Assembly (NCBI RefSeq): GCF_009914755.1
Contig: NC_060941.1
Reading direction: 5' to 3' (one strand)
Source: the human T2T-CHM13v2.0 reference genome, Homo sapiens
DNA length: 64,000 bases
Shown: positions 35,557 to 64,000 of the stretch, one piece after another
How the letters are laid out: every line of letters begins with the position of its first letter
Position numbering within the stretch: the first letter of the stretch is position 1
Program-made: the position numbers and the translations under genes
Notes under the pieces: generated by a model
Seen by the model: the letters and a program-made list of their open reading frames with translations, nothing else
Told to the model about the DNA's origin: nothing
Databases searched by the model: none

Positions 35557-35727
35557 GGCCAGGTGCCGTGGCTCACACTTGTAATTCCAGTGCTTTGGGA
35601 GGATGAGGGAAGAAGATTGCTTGAACCCAGGAATTTGAGGCTACGGTGAGCTATGATCACATGATTGCATTCCAGCCCGGGCAACAGAGTGAGACTTGTC
35701 TATTAAACAAACAAACAAACAAACAAA
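35557..35727 (+). mobile_element. Monomeric Alu (FAM/FRAM-like)
   Basis: Single Alu arm plus (AAAC)n tail. Confidence 0.8.
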
Positions 35728-36246
35728 AATGTATTCATCACAACATGATAATAGGCAGAACCAGAAACAACCCAACATTTGGAGAATAGTTAAATGTCCA
35801 ACAGCTAGGGAATGATTAAATCCATTATGAGGCTTCTCTACATTAAATATCTTACAGCCATTTATAACCATGTTTATAAAGAATTTTGAATGATATGGAA
35901 CATGCTTATACTATGAGGTTAAGGAAATAAAACAGGCTACAAAAATAAAATATATGTACTATAATAACAGCTATGTTGGTGCACAGAGAGAAAAACATTT
36001 ACCAATATATTAGGAGTGGTTATTTCTGAGTGGCGAGATGATGAGTGATTTTTCATTCTATTCTATATATTTTTCTATATTTTCTTTTATTCTACATGTT
36101 TTTCTGTATTTCCAAGTTTTATACAATAGTGATCAAGAAAAGGTAATTATTTATTTAAAAAGAAAAAAAAAGACCCATGAGTTATCAGAACCCAGTAGAT
36201 CTAAATGGCACTACAAACACTATTGTGTTCAGAGGTGTCTCCCCTA

Positions 36247-36407
36247 TCTAAGCAGTGCCAGGTTAGGGAACGCCGCCCATCAACGTTCTAAGCAGTGCCA
36301 GGTTAGGGAACGCCACCCATCAACGTTCTAAGCAGTGCCAGGTTAGGGAATGCCGCCCATCAATGTTCTAAGCAGTGTCAGGTTAGGGAACGCCGCCCAT
36401 CAACATT
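36247..36407 (+). repeat. 40-bp minisatellite, 4 copies
   Basis: Unit tctaagcagtgccaggttagggaacgccgcccatcaacgt. Confidence 0.95.
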
Positions 36408-37151
36408 TCCCAAATTCCAGGAACCATCTGTTCCATAGTGTCATATCTGTGTAGAACCTACACCATTACTTAATATTTTCATAGAAATCAACTCAGTTTT
36501 TAAAATTTGATTACCTGTGTTTTAAGAAAAATTTTAAATCACTCTAAATGGAAAAATAATGTCACTTGCCATTAATGGAAAGTAATCACAAAAATAAATG
36601 CAATAAAACAAAACAATATCATTAAATTCTACAGTGGTAAACCTTCTGAGCTTGAGAGCTGCTTTTGCTCTGTTTGATAAAAGCAGGGGCTGAGGGAGAG
36701 TGTTTTCAGGCAGGAGGGACGGATTTACAAGGGTTTGAGAGTAAGCCTAGCCTAGCAACAGACCCCTCAAAGGATTCGGGAAGATTGAAAGACAATGAAA
36801 AAGATTTTCTCACTAGAGATTTTGATTTGTTTTTAATGATTTGCCCACCTACCACCCAAACTGCCTAGGATACGACAGCTGGGGAAAGTGCCATTCAACA
36901 AAGATTTGACCCCAGCCCATGAGTTGCTGACAGTGGAAGTCACATAAGTTAGATAAGTGTACCGGACTGAGTTCCTCCAGGACAGGAACTATTTCTTCTT
37001 AAGCTTGGTAGTCTCAGCACCCTGGACAGTGCCTGGCACATGGACTTGTTTGTTGAGTGAGTGAAGAAATGAATGAATACTGGGTTGTGACAGCCTTTTC
37101 CCCAAAGCGGGGCAGGCGCCCTGAGTCGCTCACATCACCCTTGGCTTTCAG

Positions 37152-40100
37152 TCCTCAGAGTACAGCAAGTGGAAGTTCACCAACAGCCCCACGTTCCTGG
37201 AGTTGCTGGAGGAGTTCCCATCCCTGCAGGTGTCTGCTGGCTTCCTGCTCTCCCTGCTCCCCATTCTGAAGCCCAGGTTTTACTCCATCAGCTCCTCCCA
37301 GGATCACACGCCCACAGCGATCCACCTGACTGTGGCCGTGCTCATGTACCACACTCGAGGTGAGCCTGGGGCAGAGGCTGTGGAGCAGTCACCCTCTGCC
37401 CCTTCAGTTCCCTCATCAGTTCAAGGAGGGAGGGAACACCTACAGCCCAGAGTTGTTAATGGTAATAGGAGGCATGTGGGAGACAGCTCTATGAACCAGG
37501 CAGTAAACCAAGCCTTCTGTATGTATATGATCAGTTACCATGTAGGGTAGGTACTGTGTGCATTTTACAGGTGGCACAGAAAGTCACACTGTGAGTAAGT
37601 GGAGAGCTGAGATTTGGACCTGGGTGGTCTAACTGCTGAGTCCAAGTCTTCCACCACTCCACTGTCCCACTACTCTTGAGACAATTTAATGAGATCAGAC
37701 TTGGAGAGCACCCAACCCTTGGTGAGAGCCCAGTGGTCCTTAGTCTTCCTGATTGTGCAGCCTGAACGCAGGGGAGATTCTGCACTGGCTGTTCACTCAC
37801 TCACTGAGCTCATTCAGTGATGGTTTATTTCACATCTCTCCGTGCTCAGCACTGGGGCAGGTGTGGAAATACAACAGACATCAGCCCTGCCCTCAGGGAG
37901 CATCTAGAGGCAGCAGTGGAGAGATGAGTGTAGAAATAATTAGATGATTCTCATTGTCCAGAAGCCAAGAAGGAAAGGTCAGCGTCACTGAGGACAGTGA
38001 AGAGGGGGTGACGCTGCCATAGAGTGGTAGGCCAACATCTCTTTCAGGTGGTCTTGGCTCCACCACTGGCCTCTGCCCCCCGCCCTGCCCTCTGTAACTG
38101 AGTGTTGCTTGGTTTGGCAAAGCTGGGAGCTGCCTATACTTCTGAGCCCTCTGTCTAGGAAACAAAAACACAGTTTCTAAAAACTGGCCAGAGACTCTGT
38201 TTGTCCTGCTAGAGAACACCCACCCAGACCAGGAGAGGAGAGGCAGACACGTCCTGTGAGAGCAAAATTTAATCCCGAGGAAAACCAGGGGGACCTCTGC
38301 AGTTGGTTGGAGGCCTCCTGCAAGTGCTGGGCCATTGTAAAAGAAATGCAACCCAGAGAAACCTCCTGGGTTTCTACCAGCCCAGGAGGGGCAACTGAGG
38401 AGGAAAGCGAGGTGCCAGAGCAGGCTGAAACGCGCGGAGCTCATCCGCCACCCAGGGTTGCAACCAGCAAGGGCCACGCTCATGAGCACGCACAGCAGTA
38501 GCCACCCCGAGGGGCCACTTCCTGCTGCTGTCAGTGGAGCTCAGTGGTGAGCTGGGAGTGTTCCTGGAGAAACTCTTTGGAAGGAGCACTGGAGTAGGAG
38601 TCAGGGAAGCTGAGCTGTCCTGATTTCACCATGACCTGAGTGACCTTGTCCAAGTCACTCTTCCTCTCCGGGACTCACTTTCTGCGTTGAAGATGGAGCA
38701 ACTCGCAACCTCTCTAAGTCCCTTTCAACCTTCCTCAGCTCTGGGCTCACAGCGGGTGGATCTCAGAACCAGGAGGACAAAGAGCTGCTCATTGAGTCCT
38801 GAGAGTGCCTGAGTGGGGGCGTCCAAGGAGGCCGTGGTGTGGGCGGAGCAGCTGGTACAGTTTGCGCATGGGCAGTGGGGGGACGTTGGTCACTTTGTGG
38901 TATCGTTGCAGATGGCCAGGGTCCCCTGCACCACGGCGTCTGCAGCACATGGCTCAACAACTGAAGCCCCAAGACCAAGTGTCCTGCTTTGTGCGGAAGT
39001 AAGCACCCCTTCCACTCTGTCCCCTGTGGGACCGCCGACCCCTGGAGGTTCGGGGAGGAAAGGGAGGGATCTGGGGTTTAGGTGCCGCTCGGGGCTCCTT
39101 GGCCCACAAAGAAGACACTGGGGTCACACTGGTGTGGCTGTCTCTAGCAGAGACAGCGATGACAGCAGAGCTGGAAGGGCCCAGAGTCCAGTGAGCTTGG
39201 CCCTTTTTCAGAAGGACCTGGGGGAGGTGCTGGTGGCTGGACAGAAGTGAAGCCGCCTGCAGGGCGTGGGAAATCAAATAGGAGCTGCTCTCCACCCGCT
39301 ACGACCGCTCCCCACAGGCCCAGCTCCCCAGCCGTCCTGTGTGTGCGTGGGCCCGGGGTGTCTGAGGACTGGCCCCCTCTTCTCCTGTCCTCTTCAGCGC
39401 CAGCGGCTTCCGGCTCCCCGAGGACCCCTCCCATCCTTGTGTCCTCATCGGGCCTGGCGCAGGCATCGCTCCCTTCCTCAGTTTCTGGCAGCAGCGGCTC
39501 CATGACTCCCAGCAAAAGGGTGTGGCTGGAGGCTTCCCAGGTGGGAGGGTACCAGAGGCCAGCGCCTGCCTAGGAGCAGAACCGTAGCCCCACAAACGGT
39601 TCCTGGACCTCTCTGGAGGGAAGGCCTCCCAAGTTTGTCTCCCTGTGTGGGGCCTATGTGGGTGAGAACGGCCGCCTTCCTGTCTCCGGCATTGGAACCG
39701 GGGCTCCCTCTCTCGGGAGTGGAGGTAACGGGAAAGTCCCTGCTTTTGACCTCCGATGGGCTGAGGGAATCCTGCATCTGCACTTTCAGTTGTGTGACTA
39801 TGTATGAGTGATTGGAATGCCCTGGGCCTCAGTTTCTTCATCTGTAAAGTGGGGATAATGCTGTTAACTAGCTAGGATACTTGTGGGAGTGAAGTGAGAA
39901 TTCCAGTTCGGCTTTGAGCCATAGCGCCCTGCTGGCCAACATGGTAACAACAGCCCGGGACTCCTGCAGGAGTGCAGGGAGGCCGCATGACCCCGGTGTT
40001 CGAGTGCCGCAGCCCAAATGAGGACCACATCTACCAGGAGGAGATGCTGGAGATGGCTCGGAAGGGGGTTGCTGCCTGCGGTGCCCACAACCTATTCCTG

Positions 40101-43100
40101 CCTGCCTGGCAAGTCCAAGGTAAATGCAGCCTCAAAGCAGGTGAAGCAGTACACAACGCAGGCTCCAGTGTGAGCCCGGGGTCCCCACAGGCCCCTCGCC
40201 TCCCTGAGCCTGCAGCTCCTGAGCTCTAAAATGCAGGTAATTCACAACCATCAGAGTGGGGCTGTGAAGACTGTTACGCCCTCTCTTCCAAGAGAAGTGA
40301 CAGGACCGGAGAGGTTCAGGACTAACCTAGGTCACAGGCGGGTTGAGCCCAGAGCCCAGCCTGCTGAAGGTCGTCAGCAGGCCCCCGGGACAGGCGACTC
40401 CCCTGGGAGAGGTGGTCCAGGCCGGCTACGTTCAAACCCAGCAAGGCTGGAGGGCGGCTGATGCTTCCACCATGGCCCTCAGACGGGCTCACCTGCCCCC
40501 AGGGCCGCGTTGCCCTCTGAGCCTGAGGTGTCAGAATAGACTCTTGGCTCTCACACATTTGTTGCCATCAGGGCACCTCTCGGGCCCAGTGCTCTATGCC
40601 CAGTGCTGGGGCCACTGGGCATCCTGTGTGGAGCAGGAGCAGAGAGTCCCCGACTGACTCCTGGACCTTCTAACTGGGAAGCCCGGGATCCGTACCCTGC
40701 AGGGACCCGATGGACAGTCTGCATTGAGAGGATACTTTTCAGGGGTGTAGGCAGAGCCCTGGGCAGGGGGACTGCCTTCATTGATGCCTCTTTGAAGCAT
40801 GGCAAATTCAGAGACAGTCTGGGAGCCCCACTGGACAGTCTGCCCCTTGAGGGCAGGCCTGTGTCCAGCATTTATGTCTCTACTCCCAGCCCAGCCCCCA
40901 GAGCATCTGTGCTCCTCCTCTTCCTGAGCCTGGACCTGTGCAAGGTCCTGGCTGGGAGGGGACTCACTCCACAGCCCTTAGTGCCCTCTCCCCACCTCCC
41001 TGAGGCCAGCAGTCCTGCCTGCAATCCTTGTCTCCAGTGGCCGGGAACTGGACCCACCGTTTCCTCTGGTTTTAGGTCTGTGTTCAGGACATCCTGCAGC
41101 AGCAGCTGGCCAGCGAGGTGCTCCGTGTGCTCCACAAGGAGCCAGGCCACCTCTATGTTTGCAGGGCTGTGTGCATGGCCTGGGATGTGGCCCACACCCT
41201 AGCAGCTGGTGGCTGCCAAGCTGAACTTGAATGAGGAGCAGGTCGAGGACTATTTCTTTCAGCTCAAGGTGTAATAGTGGGTGTATGGGCTGAGGGTCCT
41301 GGCCAAGGGCACAGGCTATTGGAGCCAGGACCAGGGGTGGCAGGTAGACCCAGGGGAGTCAGGCCCAGAAAAGTTCTGGACCCCAAGGGAATCTTAGCAG
41401 TGGCTGGGATCTGAGCTGGGTGGGCTGTCAGAAGGCCCCACTGCACATCCTGGACTGGTTGGCAGCTTTGAGAAGTCAGGTGAATGTGTTCCATTTTTCC
41501 ATCTGTGGAATGGGAGCAAGAGAGTCTACTTGCCCTCTCCCCAAACCCCCCTTTCAGAAAGTATCTGTGTGGCCAAAGCAAGGCTGTGAACACAGGGGAG
41601 AGCAAGGCTGCCCCCCGTCAGCCTCGTGTGAACCTCACACTTCTTATTTACACACAGGCTGGCGTCTGCTCACCCTCATCCTCCCAGCAGGAAGGGCTTG
41701 CATTTTATTGATGAAGATAATAGTGATATTTATCAAGGGCTTACACTGGGCCAAGTGCTTGCCAAGGATTCTCATGTGACATTTCTTTCAGTCCTGCCGA
41801 GGACTTTATGAGGGAAGCACCCTGTTTTACAGAGGGAAGGGGGCCTATGGGGTCTACAGCAGTGAGAGCCTAGAGTTCAGTCTGCGTCTCTCTGATTCCA
41901 AAGCCTGTGATTGTGACTTCCATACTCTCCCTAAGACACATTCATACATTCAACTGAATATTTATTGAGCACCTACTGTGTGCTAGGGATAGAGCAGTAA
42001 ATGAATCAGGCAAAAATTATTTACATTCCACTGGGGCTGACAAACCCAAACAAGGAAGAGGTGTAGTGCTTCGGAGAAAAACAGCAGGAAATAGCCCAGG
42101 GGACGCTGGGGAGTGTAATTTTAAATAGGGTGGCCAGGGAAGGCGGAGCTGGAAGGCGGCGTCTGAGAATAAACCTGAGATGGTGAGGAGGAGCCCCGTG
42201 GATACTGAAGGAAACACTCTGGGCTGTTCTGGAGAGGGCAGCAGATACAAAGGCCCGGGGGTGGGAGTTAAGCTGGCGTGTTTGAAGAACAGTGAGGAGA
42301 TAACAGGCATTTCCCCAAATGTGTTAAATGAGTCGGTAGATGTTTGGCATCCAAAAGGTTACAAGGTCGAATAGCCTAGGACATGCTTAGTTAAGCCAAG
42401 GCAAGCACGTTGCTTTACTACAAGACTTCTGGGGGCCTTCAACGTGCTGCTGTGCATCGGGACCCTTCAAGGCTGGGAGGAAAGAAAGGATGTAGCATTT
42501 CCCAAATGTGTTAATCTGAAAGCTCACACTTCCTGGAGCATCTTGGGTGGGGGATGAGCACAGGGCAGGAAATGGGAATGCCAAGTAAAGCTTTGGAAAT
42601 GGTTAGAGGGCCTGCTCCAGAGCAGGTGCTGAGCGGGTTTAGGGTCTAAACCAGATTCAAGCGCAATCAAAGTATAACAGTTGGGAAGACAGATGGCTCA
42701 TGAAGGTCCATGTGATAGGGAAGCTGGGCAACCCCAGGGGCTCATTCCAGCCTGGACTTGACACATTGGTCTCTGTTTTTACCTAAAAGAGCCAGAAGCA
42801 CTTCCATGACGATATCTTTGGTGCTGTATTTCCCTACGAGGCAAAGAAGGACAGGGCGGCGGTGCAGCCCAGCAGCCTGGAGATGTCAGCGCTCTGAGGG
42901 CCCACAGGAAGGGTTAAAGCTGCCAGCACAGAACTTAACGATGGAGCCAGCTCTGCATTATCCGAGGTCACAGGGCCTGGGGAGATGGAGGAAAGTGATA
43001 TCCCCCAGCCTCACGTCTTATTTCTCACCTCGTTCCCCATCAAGCCCTTTACTTGACCTCCTACCAAGTAGCACCCTGGATTGATCGGAGCCTCCTCTCT

Positions 43101-43373
43101 CAAGCTGGGGCCTCCCTGGTCCCTTGGAGACGAAATCTTCAATGCCAGGCCTGGCAAGTGGGTGAAAGATGGAACCCGCTGCTGAGTGCACCACTTCAAG
43201 TGACCACCAGGAAGTGCCGTCACACCACTGTGTATTTAACTGCCATGGGTATAATTATTTATGCCTCTGTTTAAAAAACGAACACCCTAGTCTGTTCCTA
43301 ATGGCCCCTTGCGTCTTCTCTGTATGATTCCCTGATGGAGATATTTACATGCATTGAATTTTACTTTAATCAC
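37152..43373 (+). pseudogene. NOS2P3: Unprocessed partial NOS2 (iNOS) pseudogene: last six exons (FAD/NADPH reductase region) plus 3'UTR
   Basis: Exons: 37152-37359 ([17 protein letters not shown]...[11 protein letters not shown]), 38912-38998 (DGQGPLHHGVCSTWLN, -1 frameshift), 39398-39519 ([11 protein letters not shown]), 39970-40119 (+1 frameshift), 41076-41268 (HLYVC, -2 frameshift), 42790-42897 (SQK...SSLEMSAL*). Splice sites retained; no upstream NOS2 exons found. The paralog number is inferred from context. Confidence 0.92.
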
Positions 43374-44872
43374 ACTGTATGTGTGTTTGTTGGGTGGGCT
43401 GGTGGGGGATGTTTTGTAGGGAATGTGGCCCTCAGTTATAGAGTGGGGAGCTGGTGGGTGTCGCAGCCTGGACAGATGCCCCACAGAGGGACACCCCAGG
43501 CAGGCCACGGCTCCTCTGAAATGGCTGCCAGGTGTGACAGCAGCAGATGGAGCTTCGTGCTGGTCCAAAGACCTGCGGTAGGGTGGACGGCACAGGCCTG
43601 CCTCCCACACAAAGGATCTGACGTGGGGTCTGGCAAGAGTGGGATTCTCATATGAGGCCAGAGCTTCAGGGAAGGTCTTGAGCTTCTTCTTGGACACTGT
43701 CTTAGAAAGGTTTTGCTCTGGGGCCACCTGTCTCACGTGAGTTTGGCCAGTACAGATGTGGCCTCTGGGAACGCAGGGTGTCAAAGCGAGTGTGGGCCAC
43801 AGCATCCTCGCCCAAGGGACTGAAGACCCTCCTGGGTTTGGAGACGGCCAGGGAAGGCTTTTTAAGAGACTAGGTCCATTTCCTTCTCCTGGTCAGAACC
43901 AAGGAAGGAGCTCAGTGGCGGCCTCTGGGGTCCTGGCAACACGTGGTTCCCAGCTGGGGTTTGGCCTGTGCCTCCTGGGCCAGGCCCAGGACCCTCCCCC
44001 TCCCCTCCTCCTTCCAGCAGCAGCGTCTCAGGTGGCAGGAGAAGGTGCAGTGCCAACTTCAGGCTCCAGACGTGCCCTGCCCTGCGTGGCAGCCGTGCAT
44101 CTCAGCAACACGGCCAGGAGTCCGCTCCGGACCAGGGCTTCCCCGCTTTCATGTGCGGGCCTCATCTGGGGTCCCGTGAAGACAGAGACTCTGATCTCGC
44201 AGGTGGGGTGGGGTGCGGGATGCTGCGTTTCCAACAAGCTCTCAGTCGCTGCTGCTGCCACCACTCTGAGGACTACACGGGGGCCTGAGGAACTGTATTC
44301 TTGCTGGGCCAAGCAGGATGTATTGGCATCACGTTGACGCGGAGCTGGGCTGTCTGGCGGTGGCTCAGTGGCTGGCAGAACCCCACACGTGGACACTGAG
44401 CCACTTTTCTCATGCAAGTCCTAACCGTATTGCCAGGGAGACCCACAATGGAACACACACCCATACGGTGCTTCGGGTCGGCCTCTCCTGACACCCCTTC
44501 CCCAAGCCACCTCCTCCCACTGGGATGCCAGGTCCGAGGAGCCAGCTCTGGCCCTGCTGTGGCCCTCACAGGCTCTGCCCCAGCCCGCCTCCCATCTCAG
44601 AGGCATGGGGCTGTTTCCTGGGGTCCCCCATTACCACCTTTCCTGTGTCCGAGACTCCTGCCCAAAAGACTAGAGCCCCAGCCTGCTTTCTCCAACACCC
44701 TCATGGGACGGTGGCTCTCTTCTCATAGCTCCCCTAGACACTGGCCCAGAGGGGGCTCTGTGTGGGGGCTTCAACCCCACATTTCCCTTCCACACTGCCC
44801 TGGTGAAGTCATCCCTGAGACCTGATAATTCTAGACCCTGTGGCCACCAGAGGAGCCCATGCATTGGCTTCC

Positions 44873-45364
<492 letters not shown>

Positions 45365-45548
45365 ATTAATCCTTTTTTAATTAGGAGGTGTGAGGTCAGG
45401 ACCCCCTGCCCAAAGGGAGTCCATGCTCTCCCATCCCACTCCTCTCAGCAGCCCCTCCGCCTGATTCCACAGATTCCAAAATGTCTCCAAATGAATTAAA
45501 GAAGCCACAGTCAACCCACATGAATGTGCCAACAAGCATTTTCATTTC

Positions 45549-45554
45549 TTTATT
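45549..45554 (-). terminator. Poly(A) signal of the galectin-9 paralog
   Basis: AATAAA on the minus strand about 545 nt past the stop codon. Confidence 0.8.
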
Positions 45555-46098
45555 TTAAGGACACTGGGAAAGGAGCCAGTCCCCTGAAGAGAACACTCTG
45601 GTCAGTTGGTGGAGGCCAGTGGGAAGCCATCAGGCCTGCTTTCCAGGAGGGGTGAAGGGTTGGTGCAGGGTGCAAGGTGAGAGTGAGGTTAAAGGTCAGA
45701 GAGGAGGGGCTGAGGAGGCCATCTCCCACCAGGAGCAGACAGCTGGTGGCTTGAGACTGGGGTGGAGCTGCGTGGGGGATGGGAGGGGACTGAGCATGGG
45801 GCTTCATCTTCACTGCCCACTCCTCCCCTCTCCCTGGCTGTGCCCGCCTTCTGGGATTGTAGGATTCCAGCAGCTGGCGCCCCAGGTGCTGCTGCGGCTG
45901 AGGAAGGCAATCCCAGTCAGCTGCCTTCTCGATTCCAGGGTGGCTGTAGCCAGAAGCAGGACCAGATAAGGACATGGCCTCTGCATTAAAGCCCAGATCC
46001 CAGGCACGGTTGGAAAGGCTGGGCCTGGGAAGTGGGGATGATGAGAGGACCCAGACTGCCCCACACCCCAGCCCCCGGCCCCAGGGCCAGGGAGCCGC

Positions 46099-63616
<17,518 letters not shown>

Positions 63617-63800
63617 CTCTCCACCGCCTCTGTGGCCACCACTGCCTTTGACACCTGCCAGGCAGTCCTTTGCAGAAGGAATGACTTAACAAAGTAATAG
63701 AAACCAAAGCAACTTGGCTGTTATTCAATGGGGAGGAGCCGGCAGCAAGAGGAAGTGGGTCCAGAGAGAGAAAGGTAGGGTGTTGGGTGAACTGGGGTGA
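63617..63800 (-). promoter_or_regulatory. Galectin-9 5'UTR and proximal promoter with a PU.1/ETS site and a degenerate ISRE
   Basis: AAGAGGAAGTG at 63747-63757 (PU.1-like); GTAATAGAAACC at 63694-63705 (one mismatch from GAAANNGAAACY); immediately upstream of the ATG. Confidence 0.6.
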
Positions 63801-64000
63801 CACTCATAGAGGGAAGTAGGCACTCCCAGCCCCAGTGACCTTTCCCTCCTCCCTCTCCTGTGCTCAACCCAAGCCTGAAGCATATTTGGTTCATAGAGGT
63901 CTACAATGCTTGACCACACTGACATGACAGTGAGTTGCCAGATGACACTGCCCAGAAGTATGTGGCTGTGTGTCCTAAGCATGCTTGGCCACTGGTTCCA

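Noticed and set aside
36247-36407. CRISPR-like array
   Set aside because: Units are contiguous with no unique spacers; eukaryotic minisatellite.
37203-41268. Functional stand-alone NOS reductase fragment
   Set aside because: Three frameshifts, an early TGA near 38962, and no start exon.

Overview
Primate (almost certainly human) genomic DNA from a chromosome 17p11.2 segmental-duplication block (SMS-REP type low-copy repeat). No prokaryotic-type system is present, and nearly all ORFs in the supplied track are L1, Alu, simple-repeat or antisense noise. Left to right: (1) nested L1/LTR/DNA-transposon debris (1-11.6 kb); (2) a two-exon unprocessed SRP68 fragment on the minus strand; (3) the 169-codon FAM106 ORF; (4) the last five exons plus 3'UTR of a disabled USP32/USP6-type copy on the plus strand, bracketed by a 639-bp, ~98% identical inverted repeat; (5) the last six exons of a frameshifted NOS2 pseudogene on the plus strand; (6) a complete 11-exon galectin-9 paralog on the minus strand (356 aa), lying tail-to-tail with the NOS2 remnant. 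Order and orientation fit the FAM106B-USP32P3-NOS2P3-LGALS9B cluster, but several residues look LGALS9C-like, so the paralog assignment is uncertain. The most notable observations are the inverted-repeat-bounded USP32 cassette with a polarised mismatch gradient and outward-facing poly(A) signals, the mosaic galectin-9 allele, an apparently broken ISRE half-site at its start site, and USP6-lineage residues in the USP32 pseudogene. Comparisons with reference proteins and mRNAs are from memory and need alignment.
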